Virus record (IMG/VR): IMGVR_UViG_3300032240_001531
Coordinates: 15,409 to 79,408 of that record
Strand: one strand, 5' to 3'
Origin: a virus
Taxonomy: Duplodnaviria; Caudoviricetes
Length of the DNA: 64,000 nt
The notes beneath the pieces are model-generated. The model was given only the letters and a program-made list of their open reading frames with translations. It made no database searches and was not told where the DNA came from. Shown piece by piece: positions 56,760 to 64,000 of this stretch (the first letter of the stretch is position 1; every line of letters begins with the position of its first letter). The translations under genes and the position numbers were made by a program.

Positions 56760-58201
56760 AGATAATTTATTTAGGTGCAGAAGTACCTAGCAACCGCACT
56801 ATCTTAGACCACTCAAACGCCCAAAAGGTTGGCGTTAGCTATTGGGGCCTTGTAAAGCGTGGTTTACCAAAGACTAAGAAATATTTATTAGAGAATTACT
56901 TTAAAGATGAAGTAGAAGTATATGTGTATCCAGGCATACCGGCTACAGCCAGCTTAACGGATAAAGAATTAGAGGACTTTTGTGCCGACTATGAGGAGTT
57001 TATTTCAGATAACCTGAATAGAATTACCCTTTTTAGTGAAATAAGCCACTCAAATCTGTCTCAAGAGTTTATTACCCAGCAGCGGGCGTCTGTGTGGAAT
57101 GAGGTAGACGATACTAAGTTTGGTGTCGTTTATACCGAAGGTAGTTTAGAGAGCCTTGCTACTAGGTATTTAAATGTTTTCATCGCTGGAGATGTGGCGG
57201 AAGCACTTGAGCCGATGTGCCGCAAGTTTTCTTCCCAGCATGGTACTAAGTTCCATATCTTAGGGTCTATTAAGCCTGATAAGTTCCGTAACTCGCCGTT
57301 TGAGACCACCAGCACGCTTGCTTGGCTATCTCCTATGATGAGGGGAGAAACTATTGTATGGTTTGGTAATCAACTACACCGTTACCCTAAGCGTATGAAA
57401 GACCAGGCTCGTTCTCGCTATAAAGTGGCTTATGAAGCCGCTAACTTAGACTTCGATAAGATACTTGCAGATGACGCTGTTGAGGTCTCTAAACTCGCCG
57501 TATGGTCGTATCAACAGTTAGAAATGTGGGCTAGTAGCACTTCACATATATCAGATATAAGTGACGCAAAGTTACCCCCCGAAACTAGTCAAACTACCCC
57601 CTCTAATACTGATATATCAGTATCTGAATCAGTCAAACTTTTACAGCGAAATCCACTCGAAATGCGTACTTTACCTGTGCTTGGCGTTGAGGTTTCACGA
57701 GTAATTGAGACGGATGAAACTGGTCGTGATGTAATTAAAGATGTACCTGTGCTTCGTTCAAATAGCACTAGCCTACGTCAGTGTAATTTTTGTTTTGTCA
57801 AAGATAATTGTCCTGCTTTTAAGGTAGATAACCCTTGTGCGTTTAATTTACCAGTTGAGGTAAAAACTAAAGAACAACTTAAAGGTTTAATTAACTCACT
57901 CCTTGAAATACAAGGGCAACGAGTGGCATTTGCTAAGTTTGCAGAGGATTTAAACGGCGGATATCCTGACCCAAATACAGGCCTAGAGATGGATAGATTC
58001 TTTAAAATGCTCAAGACTATTAAAGAATTAGATGAGTCAAAAGAGACCATGAGAATCTCTGTTGAGCGTGGAAATTCGGCTGGAGTTTTGTCCAGTTTAT
58101 TCGGAGATAGGGCTCAAAAATTGACTGAACTACCTAATAACGGATACAATGAAGACCAGACAAACGAGATAATTAAGAAGATAAACACGACTGACATATA
58201 G
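56756..58201 (+). CDS. TGT/DpdA-like barrel fused to a Cys4 + helical domain
   Basis: KFHILG...PF....LAW TGT-like C-terminal strands; CNFC....C.......C cluster. Confidence 0.45.
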   Translation: MKIIYLGAEVPSNRTILDHSNAQKVGVSYWGLVKRGLPKTKKYLLENYFKDEVEVYVYPGIPATASLTDKELEDFCADYEEFISDNLNRITLFSEISHSNLSQEFITQQRASVWNEVDDTKFGVVYTEGSLESLATRYLNVFIAGDVAEALEPMCRKFSSQHGTKFHILGSIKPDKFRNSPFETTSTLAWLSPMMRGETIVWFGNQLHRYPKRMKDQARSRYKVAYEAANLDFDKILADDAVEVSKLAVWSYQQLEMWASSTSHISDISDAKLPPETSQTTPSNTDISVSESVKLLQRNPLEMRTLPVLGVEVSRVIETDETGRDVIKDVPVLRSNSTSLRQCNFCFVKDNCPAFKVDNPCAFNLPVEVKTKEQLKGLINSLLEIQGQRVAFAKFAEDLNGGYPDPNTGLEMDRFFKMLKTIKELDESKETMRISVERGNSAGVLSSLFGDRAQKLTELPNNGYNEDQTNEIIKKINTTDI

Positions 58202-58349
58202 CTGATATATGTATTAAAAAACGCCTGAAATGGCATAGTCCTAAATTGATTCAAAATAACACACCCACCTTCCGATTCCGGATCATCTTCTAACAGAGAT
58301 GGCCTATACTAGAACACTACCCCAAACAAATAAAAGAATAGGAAATGCT

Positions 58350-60383
58350 ATGTCATTATCATTTAAATTAACAAACGACTTCGTAGAAGGCTACAAGAAC
58401 AAAGTAGTACCTTGGGGGTTTAAAGATGTTGCTGGTAACTCTGTTGGAGAGATTACTTTTCTTCGTACTTACTCTCGCCTAAAGGCTGACGGTACTAAAG
58501 AAACTTGGTCTGATGTCTGTGAGCGTGTCATCAACGGTATGTACTCACTTCAGAAAGACCACGCTAAGACTAACCGTTTGCCTTGGAACGACGCTAAGGC
58601 ACAGGCTTCCGCTAAGGAAGCGTTTGACCGTCTGTTTAATCTTAAGTGGACCCCGCCTGGCCGAGGTCTTTGGGTAATGGGTACGCCTTTGGTAAATGAG
58701 CAAAAGAATAGTGCTGCTTTGCAGAATTGCGCATTTGTTTCTACTAATGAAATGTCTAAAAACAACCCTGCTAAGCCGTTTGCTTTCTTGATGGAAGCCT
58801 CGATGCTGGGTGTGGGTGTGGGCTTTGATGACAAAGGTGCTGATAAAGGCTTTGACATCTATGAGCCAAAAGGCGAACAAGTGTTCGATATCCCTGACAC
58901 GCGAGAGGGTTGGGTAGATAGTACTGTTGCTTTAATAAATGCTTATTTAAAGCCAGAACAACCTACTTGGGTATTTAATTACGATAATATCAGACCATTT
59001 GGCGCACCTATCGCTACCTTCGGCGGAACCGCTGCGGGACACGAACCGCTTCTAAAATTGCACACGCACATTAGAAAACTCTTTGACGGTAGGGCTGGAA
59101 ATAAGTTAACCCGAATTGATATTGCGGATATCGGTAATTTGATTGGTGTTTGCGTAGTTTCAGGTAACGTTCGCCGTTCCGCTGAGCTCTTACTTGGGCG
59201 TATAGATGACGATAATTTCTTAAATCTCAAAAATGCTGAGCGTTTCCCAGAACGTAACTCTTATGACCCAGAAAATCCAGGCTGGGCTTGGATGTCTAAT
59301 AACTCTGTGGAAACTGCTGTGGGTACAGACCTCTCACCTATTGTGGAGGGTATTGCTCTCAACGGTGAGCCTGGAGTTATCTGGATGGATGTAACTCGTA
59401 AATACGGTAGATTAGCCGACCAACCTAACAATAAAGATTGGCGTGCTGCGGGTTATAACCCATGTGCCGAACAATCTCTTGAATCGTTTGAGTGCTGTAC
59501 TCTGGTAGAAACTTATCTAAATAGACATGAATCTCTTGAGGACTACAAGCGTACTCTCAAGTTTGCTTATCTCTACGCTAAGACTGTTACTCTTTTGCCT
59601 ACCCACTGGGAAGAAACCAACGCTATTATGCAGAGGAACCGTCGCATTGGAACTTCTATGTCTGGTGTGGCTAACTTCGCTGACATCAACGGGCTTCCAG
59701 TTCTTCGTGAGTGGATGGATGAAGGCTACAAGACTATCGTTAATTACGATAAAAGCTATTCTGAGTGGCTTGGAATACGAGAAAGCATTAAAACAACTAC
59801 AATAAAGCCTTCTGGTACTGTATCTATTCTCTCTGGTGAAAGTCCAGGCGTACATTGGACCCCAGGTGGCGAATACTTCTTGCGTGCCATCCGCTTTGGT
59901 AATGATGACCCTATGCTCTCTCTCTTTAAAATGGCTAATTACCGAGTAGAACCTGCTAGTGAAAACCCTACTAAGACTTCTGTGGTGTTCTTCCCTATTA
60001 AATCTCTTGCTAAGCGTTCTGAAAAAGATGTATCTATCTACGAAAAGGTTGCTCTCGCTGCGACTGCTCAACGCTGGTGGTCAGATAACTCTGTGTCTGT
60101 GACTATCTCTTTTGACGCTGAAAAAGAAATTAAAGATGTAGGTACAGTTCTCCACATGTACGACGGTCAGTTAAAAACGATCTCTTTCTTGCCAATGGGT
60201 AACCATGTTTATCCTCAAATGCCTTACTCTCAAATCTCTCAAGCGGAATACGACCAGTATGCTATGGAACTATTCCCTATTGACTTTGCTGGCGTGTATC
60301 AGGGCTTAGGTATTGAGGCTATCGGTGAGGCTTATTGTACTACTGACGCTTGTGAAATAAAACTAATTAAAGACAACCAGTAA
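58350..60383 (+). CDS. nrdJ: Class II (B12-dependent) ribonucleotide reductase
   Basis: PPGRGLW, NCAF, GNVRRSA, NPCAEQ, TIKPSGTVS, C-terminal CTTDAC; start placed at MSLSF. Confidence 0.95.
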   Translation: MSLSFKLTNDFVEGYKNKVVPWGFKDVAGNSVGEITFLRTYSRLKADGTKETWSDVCERVINGMYSLQKDHAKTNRLPWNDAKAQASAKEAFDRLFNLKWTPPGRGLWVMGTPLVNEQKNSAALQNCAFVSTNEMSKNNPAKPFAFLMEASMLGVGVGFDDKGADKGFDIYEPKGEQVFDIPDTREGWVDSTVALINAYLKPEQPTWVFNYDNIRPFGAPIATFGGTAAGHEPLLKLHTHIRKLFDGRAGNKLTRIDIADIGNLIGVCVVSGNVRRSAELLLGRIDDDNFLNLKNAERFPERNSYDPENPGWAWMSNNSVETAVGTDLSPIVEGIALNGEPGVIWMDVTRKYGRLADQPNNKDWRAAGYNPCAEQSLESFECCTLVETYLNRHESLEDYKRTLKFAYLYAKTVTLLPTHWEETNAIMQRNRRIGTSMSGVANFADINGLPVLREWMDEGYKTIVNYDKSYSEWLGIRESIKTTTIKPSGTVSILSGESPGVHWTPGGEYFLRAIRFGNDDPMLSLFKMANYRVEPASENPTKTSVVFFPIKSLAKRSEKDVSIYEKVALAATAQRWWSDNSVSVTISFDAEKEIKDVGTVLHMYDGQLKTISFLPMGNHVYPQMPYSQISQAEYDQYAMELFPIDFAGVYQGLGIEAIGEAYCTTDACEIKLIKDNQ

Positions 60384-60397
60384 ATCTCTCTCTCATT

Positions 60398-60432
60398 AAA
60401 GCCCATAGCCAAATACGGTTATGGGCTTTTTT
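60398..60432 (+). terminator. Terminator after nrdJ
   Basis: AAAGCCCATAGCC-loop-GGTTATGGGCTTTTTT. Confidence 0.85.
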
Positions 60433-60442
60433 GCTATTTAAA

Positions 60443-60466
60443 TCTCTCTCTCTCTCTCTCTCTCTC
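60443..60466. repeat. (TC)12 dinucleotide tract
   Basis: Read directly; a second (TC)5 at 60385-60394. Confidence 0.95.
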
Positions 60467-60542
60467 ATCTCTCCTGTATCTCTCCCGCCTTGAGCTGAGC
60501 TGGCTGGATTGGAGTTCTCATCTGGTTTTTAAGCAGGGCAAT

Positions 60543-60569
60543 AAAAAAGCCCCCATTTCTGAGGGCTTT
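60543..60569 (-). terminator. Terminator of the minus-strand operon
   Basis: AAAAAAGCCC...GGGCTTT. Confidence 0.65.
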
Positions 60570-60585
60570 ATTATTTAATTGCTAT

Positions 60586-61059
60586 TTAATTCATGGCTAC
60601 TGCCACTAGGAAACCAAAGGTTATAAAGACTACTGGTGATAATCTCATGTCTTTTGCGGTAGAGAGCATTACTACAAAGAACCCTATTACAAGTGATAAA
60701 ACTGCTGTTACTGGTAAGAATACAAGGGCTACTCCCCATGAAAACCATGCCAAAATCATAGACAAGGTTGCTAATAGTTTTACATCACCCATACCTAATA
60801 GGTCATACTTAATGTTTATGAAGAAACCAAACAGGATAGTTCCTATAAAGAATAGGATAGAGATACCAAACTTTAGCCACTCGCCCTGCCAGATTGCTAA
60901 AGTCAGCCAACACAACAAGGTCAGAACCATTAAAGGCACAACTATCTTATTAGAAACTTTATTACGAGTGTAGTCCGAGTGAAAAATCGGTATCATAGCA
61001 CCACCGACATACGCTAGTGGTATCAGGCTTATTAGTAATTGTAATTCGGGTATTGTCAT
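60586..61059 (-). CDS. Prepilin peptidase (A24 family)
   Basis: Polytopic membrane protein with HSDY....V.N and LGMGDVKL catalytic Asp motifs. Confidence 0.8.
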   Translation of the reverse strand: MTIPELQLLISLIPLAYVGGAMIPIFHSDYTRNKVSNKIVVPLMVLTLLCWLTLAIWQGEWLKFGISILFFIGTILFGFFINIKYDLLGMGDVKLLATLSMILAWFSWGVALVFLPVTAVLSLVIGFFVVMLSTAKDMRLSPVVFITFGFLVAVAMN

Positions 61060-61286
61060 TATTTATCCTCTGGGGTTTCATTACCTTCATGGTAATCTCT
61101 GTGTTCGGATTTGCTTTGTGGGTCAAAGAACCCACCCTCGCCCTTACAATCAGGGCAAGCCTCTTTATCATCAAGCGTGCCAGCACCGTTACAGTTCTCG
61201 CACTCGGTAAAACAGACAGGGCAACTCTCGTCACAGCCACTCTCGTCTGTATAAGGGCTTTCTAGCCAGCCGTCATAGTCAAACAT
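61059..61286 (-). CDS. Acidic DnaJ-type zinc finger protein
   Basis: CENCNGAG...CPDCKGEG. Confidence 0.7.
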   Translation of the reverse strand: MFDYDGWLESPYTDESGCDESCPVCFTECENCNGAGTLDDKEACPDCKGEGGFFDPQSKSEHRDYHEGNETPEDK

Positions 61287-61459
61287 TATTCCTCACTCTC
61301 AATGAACTCGTTATCGGCACTTAATAGGGTTACTTCGTCTATCTCTACGCCAGTTGTGTAATAAGTCTTTAGGGCTTTGTCTAAGACATCACCCCAGAAC
61401 TCGTCACCTGTAACTGTGATTTTATAGACCTGACGAACCTCTATGGTTACACTAGCCAT
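61286..61459 (-). CDS. Hypothetical acidic protein (57 aa)
   Basis: MASVTIEVRQVYKITV...; coupled. Confidence 0.5.
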   Translation of the reverse strand: MASVTIEVRQVYKITVTGDEFWGDVLDKALKTYYTTGVEIDEVTLLSADNEFIESEE

Positions 61460-61565
61460 TAGTTTCCCCTAGTCTGTAAAGGTTCGCTAGGGCTAGTAAC
61501 TCCCAGTTTTTAAACTTAGCAAACTTATCTAGTTCTTTAATCTGTTTTGCTGATAGTTTAGGCAT
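61452..61565 (-). CDS. Hypothetical protein (37 aa)
   Basis: MPKLSAKQIKELDK...; fills a gap in the coupled series. Confidence 0.4.
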   Translation of the reverse strand: MPKLSAKQIKELDKFAKFKNWELLALANLYRLGETNG

Positions 61566-61803
61566 TATTCCACTCCTCGCCAATGGCTTTCATTAGGGTA
61601 TTAGGGCTGACCTTTAGCGTGCTACATAGAGCCGACATCATGCCACTAGGTATCTGCCTCTCAAGGTGAAAGTATCTGGATAGGCTAGACTTCTGAAAGC
61701 CTGTTGCTATCGCAAACTGGTTAAGTGATTTGTAGCCGAGTTTCTTGTAGCGTGCTACGAACCAAGCCCAAGTTGTTTCTACTTGCTTATTAGTTTTTTC
61801 CAT
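61558..61803 (-). CDS. XRE-family HTH protein
   Basis: SLNQFAIATGFQKSSLSRY...RQIP...LC.TL.VSP. Confidence 0.8.
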   Translation of the reverse strand: MEKTNKQVETTWAWFVARYKKLGYKSLNQFAIATGFQKSSLSRYFHLERQIPSGMMSALCSTLKVSPNTLMKAIGEEWNNA

Positions 61804-61990
61804 TTGTTTCTCCTGTTTTCTTATTTGCGATTACTACTCTTACTCTGACCTCATAGAACCGTTCTACAAGTTCTCTTGCTGTTTCCCAATAGCCCAAGTC
61901 AATAGCAGTAGCATTGTGGCTATCCACCAGTTCATCAGCCAATCTCTCGGCTAACTCCTCTAGGGTTAGGTGTTTTACATACTTACTCAT
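61790..61990 (-). CDS. Hypothetical protein
   Basis: 66 aa, GAGG SD. Confidence 0.55.
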   Translation of the reverse strand: MSKYVKHLTLEELAERLADELVDSHNATAIDLGYWETARELVERFYEVRVRVVIANKKTGETNGKN

Positions 61991-62174
61991 TTGTATCCTC
62001 TAATTTGTTTTTTAGTATTTGCTTTATTACATCTATCCTGTCCATGTCACTTGTTTCCTCTGCGACAATTTCCCACTCTAAATCTGTGAGAGCATTAGGG
62101 TCAAATAGGATTATTGTGCCAGCCCCATAAGAACCGTCACTAGCGACCCACGCTGTTTTATTCATTGTAATCAT
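61983..62174 (-). CDS. Hypothetical protein
   Basis: 63 aa, W.ASDGSYG motif. Confidence 0.55.
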   Translation of the reverse strand: MITMNKTAWVASDGSYGAGTIILFDPNALTDLEWEIVAEETSDMDRIDVIKQILKNKLEDTNE

Positions 62175-62545
62175 GTGTTACTTATCCAATCTAGTCCAGC
62201 CAATTCGCCAAACTCCTCTACGAACTCTGTCTTTGTGTAATCCATGCCACCATACTCAACCTCACCGTTATCGGCGTTCAGATAGATAGGTGGGTTCTCG
62301 TCACTATTGCTAAGGGTATCAACAGAACCGATACCGAAATTATCCACACCCACATAGCCACCCTGAACTATTGCGAACTGATAGAACAGTTGTGCTGTTA
62401 GATACCAAGCGTCACCGAGCCTAGTAGTCTTGCTAAGAACTATGGCTGTGGCTGTGGCGTTATCCTCATACCCATAGTGACCGTAAATCTGTATCGGCTT
62501 TGGTAAGCCCTTGCTGATAATGTAGATAGAACTTCTATCGCCCAT
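62171..62545 (-). CDS. Hypothetical phage protein
   Basis: MGDRS.I...YGHYG N-terminus typical of small early phage proteins. Confidence 0.6.
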   Translation of the reverse strand: MGDRSSIYIISKGLPKPIQIYGHYGYEDNATATAIVLSKTTRLGDAWYLTAQLFYQFAIVQGGYVGVDNFGIGSVDTLSNSDENPPIYLNADNGEVEYGGMDYTKTEFVEEFGELAGLDWISNT

Positions 62546-62684
62546 TTGTATTACCTTTCTTAATTAGTTTATTGCGTTTAGGTTTTGGCTGTGCTGAATA
62601 ATGTAACCAGATTGTTAAGGCTATTGTTTCTAGCCCGAACAATCCAAACGGTAACACAACTCCATAGAGGATAGGTTCTATCAT
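62535..62684 (-). CDS. Small single-TM protein (49 aa)
   Basis: Hydrophobic N-terminus, basic tail, AGGGG SD. Confidence 0.45.
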   Translation of the reverse strand: MIEPILYGVVLPFGLFGLETIALTIWLHYSAQPKPKRNKLIKKGNTNGR

Positions 62685-62689
62685 AGTGC

Positions 62690-64000
62690 CTAACCCCTGA
62701 CTTTTCTACGGTTCATCTGTGCTTTAACCACATCTTTAGCGACCTTAACTAGTTCGCTAGGTTGCTGGATAGTTCTGAACGAGTTAGCCCCATGTGTGTA
62801 TTGGATAACTTGCTTAGGGTCAGCCATAATAGTCTTGGCGTATTCATGGCTACCAAGCCAGACTACGCTTACATAACAGCCTTGTTTAATTAGTTGCTCA
62901 ATCTTGCTATCAGCAACAGCAGGTTTATACCACTCACCGTCAGTAAGAATAAATACTAATTTAGTTTTAGCATTTGTATTTTCCATTATTCTTGCTGTTT
63001 CAGTTAGGGATTGGCTAGGGTCAGTTCCCCCACCAGCCTCTACGATACGAACATCTTTGGCACTAGCAAGGGTATCTCTGTCAAACAATTCCCTACCGTA
63101 ATCGCTGAATACTGACACCGACACCTTACCGTTGATTCGTTCTATGGCACGCTTGATTACCCAAGCAGACCGACAAGCAGAACCGATTTCGTGATACATA
63201 GAGCCAGACCTGTCAATCAGGATACTAGCCTCAATGTCGTAATCATCATTACCCTCTTGCCAACGGTCAAACAGCGTATCTATCCTATTAATGTCTGCGT
63301 TCATGGCACGCTTGACATTTAACTTGCCACTAGGCTTTTCTCTGTTCCAAGCAGGGTCACTTTCTATTCTTAGCAGTTCTAGTTCCTGTGCGAACAAGCG
63401 ACTAGCAGTAACCTCTGACATCTCTGGCGTGTAATTGCCAGCCCTAGTTTTCTCTAGGATAGATTTGCTACTACGGTCTTTCTGAATAGCCTTAAGCGTG
63501 TCGCTAACCTTTTTCTGTAAAGACTTATCAGCCTTAGCACGCTGAACGACCTCTTGTAATTCCCTAATTACTTCCTCGTCTTTGGTATTAAAACCAGCAG
63601 TTTCGGAATTAATCTCACCAGTTTCCTTAAACTTACCTTTGCCAGCAGTAAGCCCTTTGCCGAGTTCATCACCGAGAGGGTCTTTACCTGTGCCAGCGTT
63701 GCCAGCGAGAGCCTCTTGTTCTTTTTCGGTGGTAGGTCTGCCATTACGCATAGGTTCTCTATGGATACAGCCATTAGGGTTCTGACCTACTGGCTTTGGA
63801 TTGCCATTGTCGTCTTTAGGTAGTAGGGCTATGAACTCTGTAATCAGTTCTTTAGCCCTGTCATACTGACGAGGGAATACGAGTGTGCGATACTCGGTCA
63901 AAATGTCGTAGAGAGCCTGTGCCTTATCTACTCCATGCTCGGCTATGAACATCTGGGCAGACATCTTGCGTAACTCAAGCGAGAAATACTTACGACCAGC
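62690..64000 (-). CDS. von Willebrand factor A domain protein (5'-partial, CobT/MoxR-partner-like)
   Basis: DRSGSM, GGGT, ILTDG MIDAS motifs, SGKLN motif; frame open to the window edge. Confidence 0.8.
   Translation of the reverse strand, partial: AGRKYFSLELRKMSAQMFIAEHGVDKAQALYDILTEYRTLVFPRQYDRAKELITEFIALLPKDDNGNPKPVGQNPNGCIHREPMRNGRPTTEKEQEALAGNAGTGKDPLGDELGKGLTAGKGKFKETGEINSETAGFNTKDEEVIRELQEVVQRAKADKSLQKKVSDTLKAIQKDRSSKSILEKTRAGNYTPEMSEVTASRLFAQELELLRIESDPAWNREKPSGKLNVKRAMNADINRIDTLFDRWQEGNDDYDIEASILIDRSGSMYHEIGSACRSAWVIKRAIERINGKVSVSVFSDYGRELFDRDTLASAKDVRIVEAGGGTDPSQSLTETARIMENTNAKTKLVFILTDGEWYKPAVADSKIEQLIKQGCYVSVVWLGSHEYAKTIMADPKQVIQYTHGANSFRTIQQPSELVKVAKDVVKAQMNRRKVRG

Noticed and set aside
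58200-58350. Cobalamin riboswitch upstream of class II RNR
   Set aside because: Leader is short and lacks the GGGAA and B12-box elements
29841-60383. Inteins or introns in DnaB, PolA, RecA or NrdJ
   Set aside because: All are normal length with contiguous motifs and no splice-junction signatures
1-64000. Prophage or integrative element
   Set aside because: No integrase, att site or host flanking genes in the window; lifestyle cannot be settled from this window alone

Overview
The whole 64 kb window is part of one lytic-type, contractile-tailed dsDNA phage genome. Its host is very likely an Actinobacterium (WhiB, FmdB-type zinc ribbon, leaderless TAnnnT promoters, NlpC/P60 and M23 wall enzymes); the AT-rich sequence would fit a freshwater low-GC actinobacterial host. 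Layout: 1-26.9 kb virion genes (scaffold end, N4-gp56-type major capsid, neck, a block of 11 tiny, mostly Lys-rich ORFs, sheath, tube, chaperone, tape measure, baseplate, fibres); 27-34 kb replication (initiator, DnaC-like loader, DnaB, primase, SNF2 helicase); 34.2-37.3 kb a minus-strand envelope/lysis cassette; 37.5-49 kb NlpC/P60, HNH, two tRNAs, Hsp20, Dam-type methylase, SSB, PolA, RecA, WhiB, Cas4-like and RuvC-like nucleases; 49-60.4 kb small ORFs, a nucleotidyltransferase / HAD-like / TGT-like trio and class II RNR; 60.6-64 kb convergent minus-strand genes (prepilin peptidase, HTH, vWA). The strongest signals beyond the ORF track are two recoding sites: a -1 frameshift (U_UUA_AAA, 5-nt spacer, stem-loop) that would switch a secreted PA14/coiled-coil protein to a membrane-anchored form, and a UUU_CGU +1 frameshift in the tail chaperone. 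Also notable: a needle-less baseplate spike with a C1q-like insert, palindromic sites inside the TGT-like gene, a TC-repeat build-up ending in (TC)12, and several structured leaders. All protein family calls come from motif recognition by eye; no database search was run.
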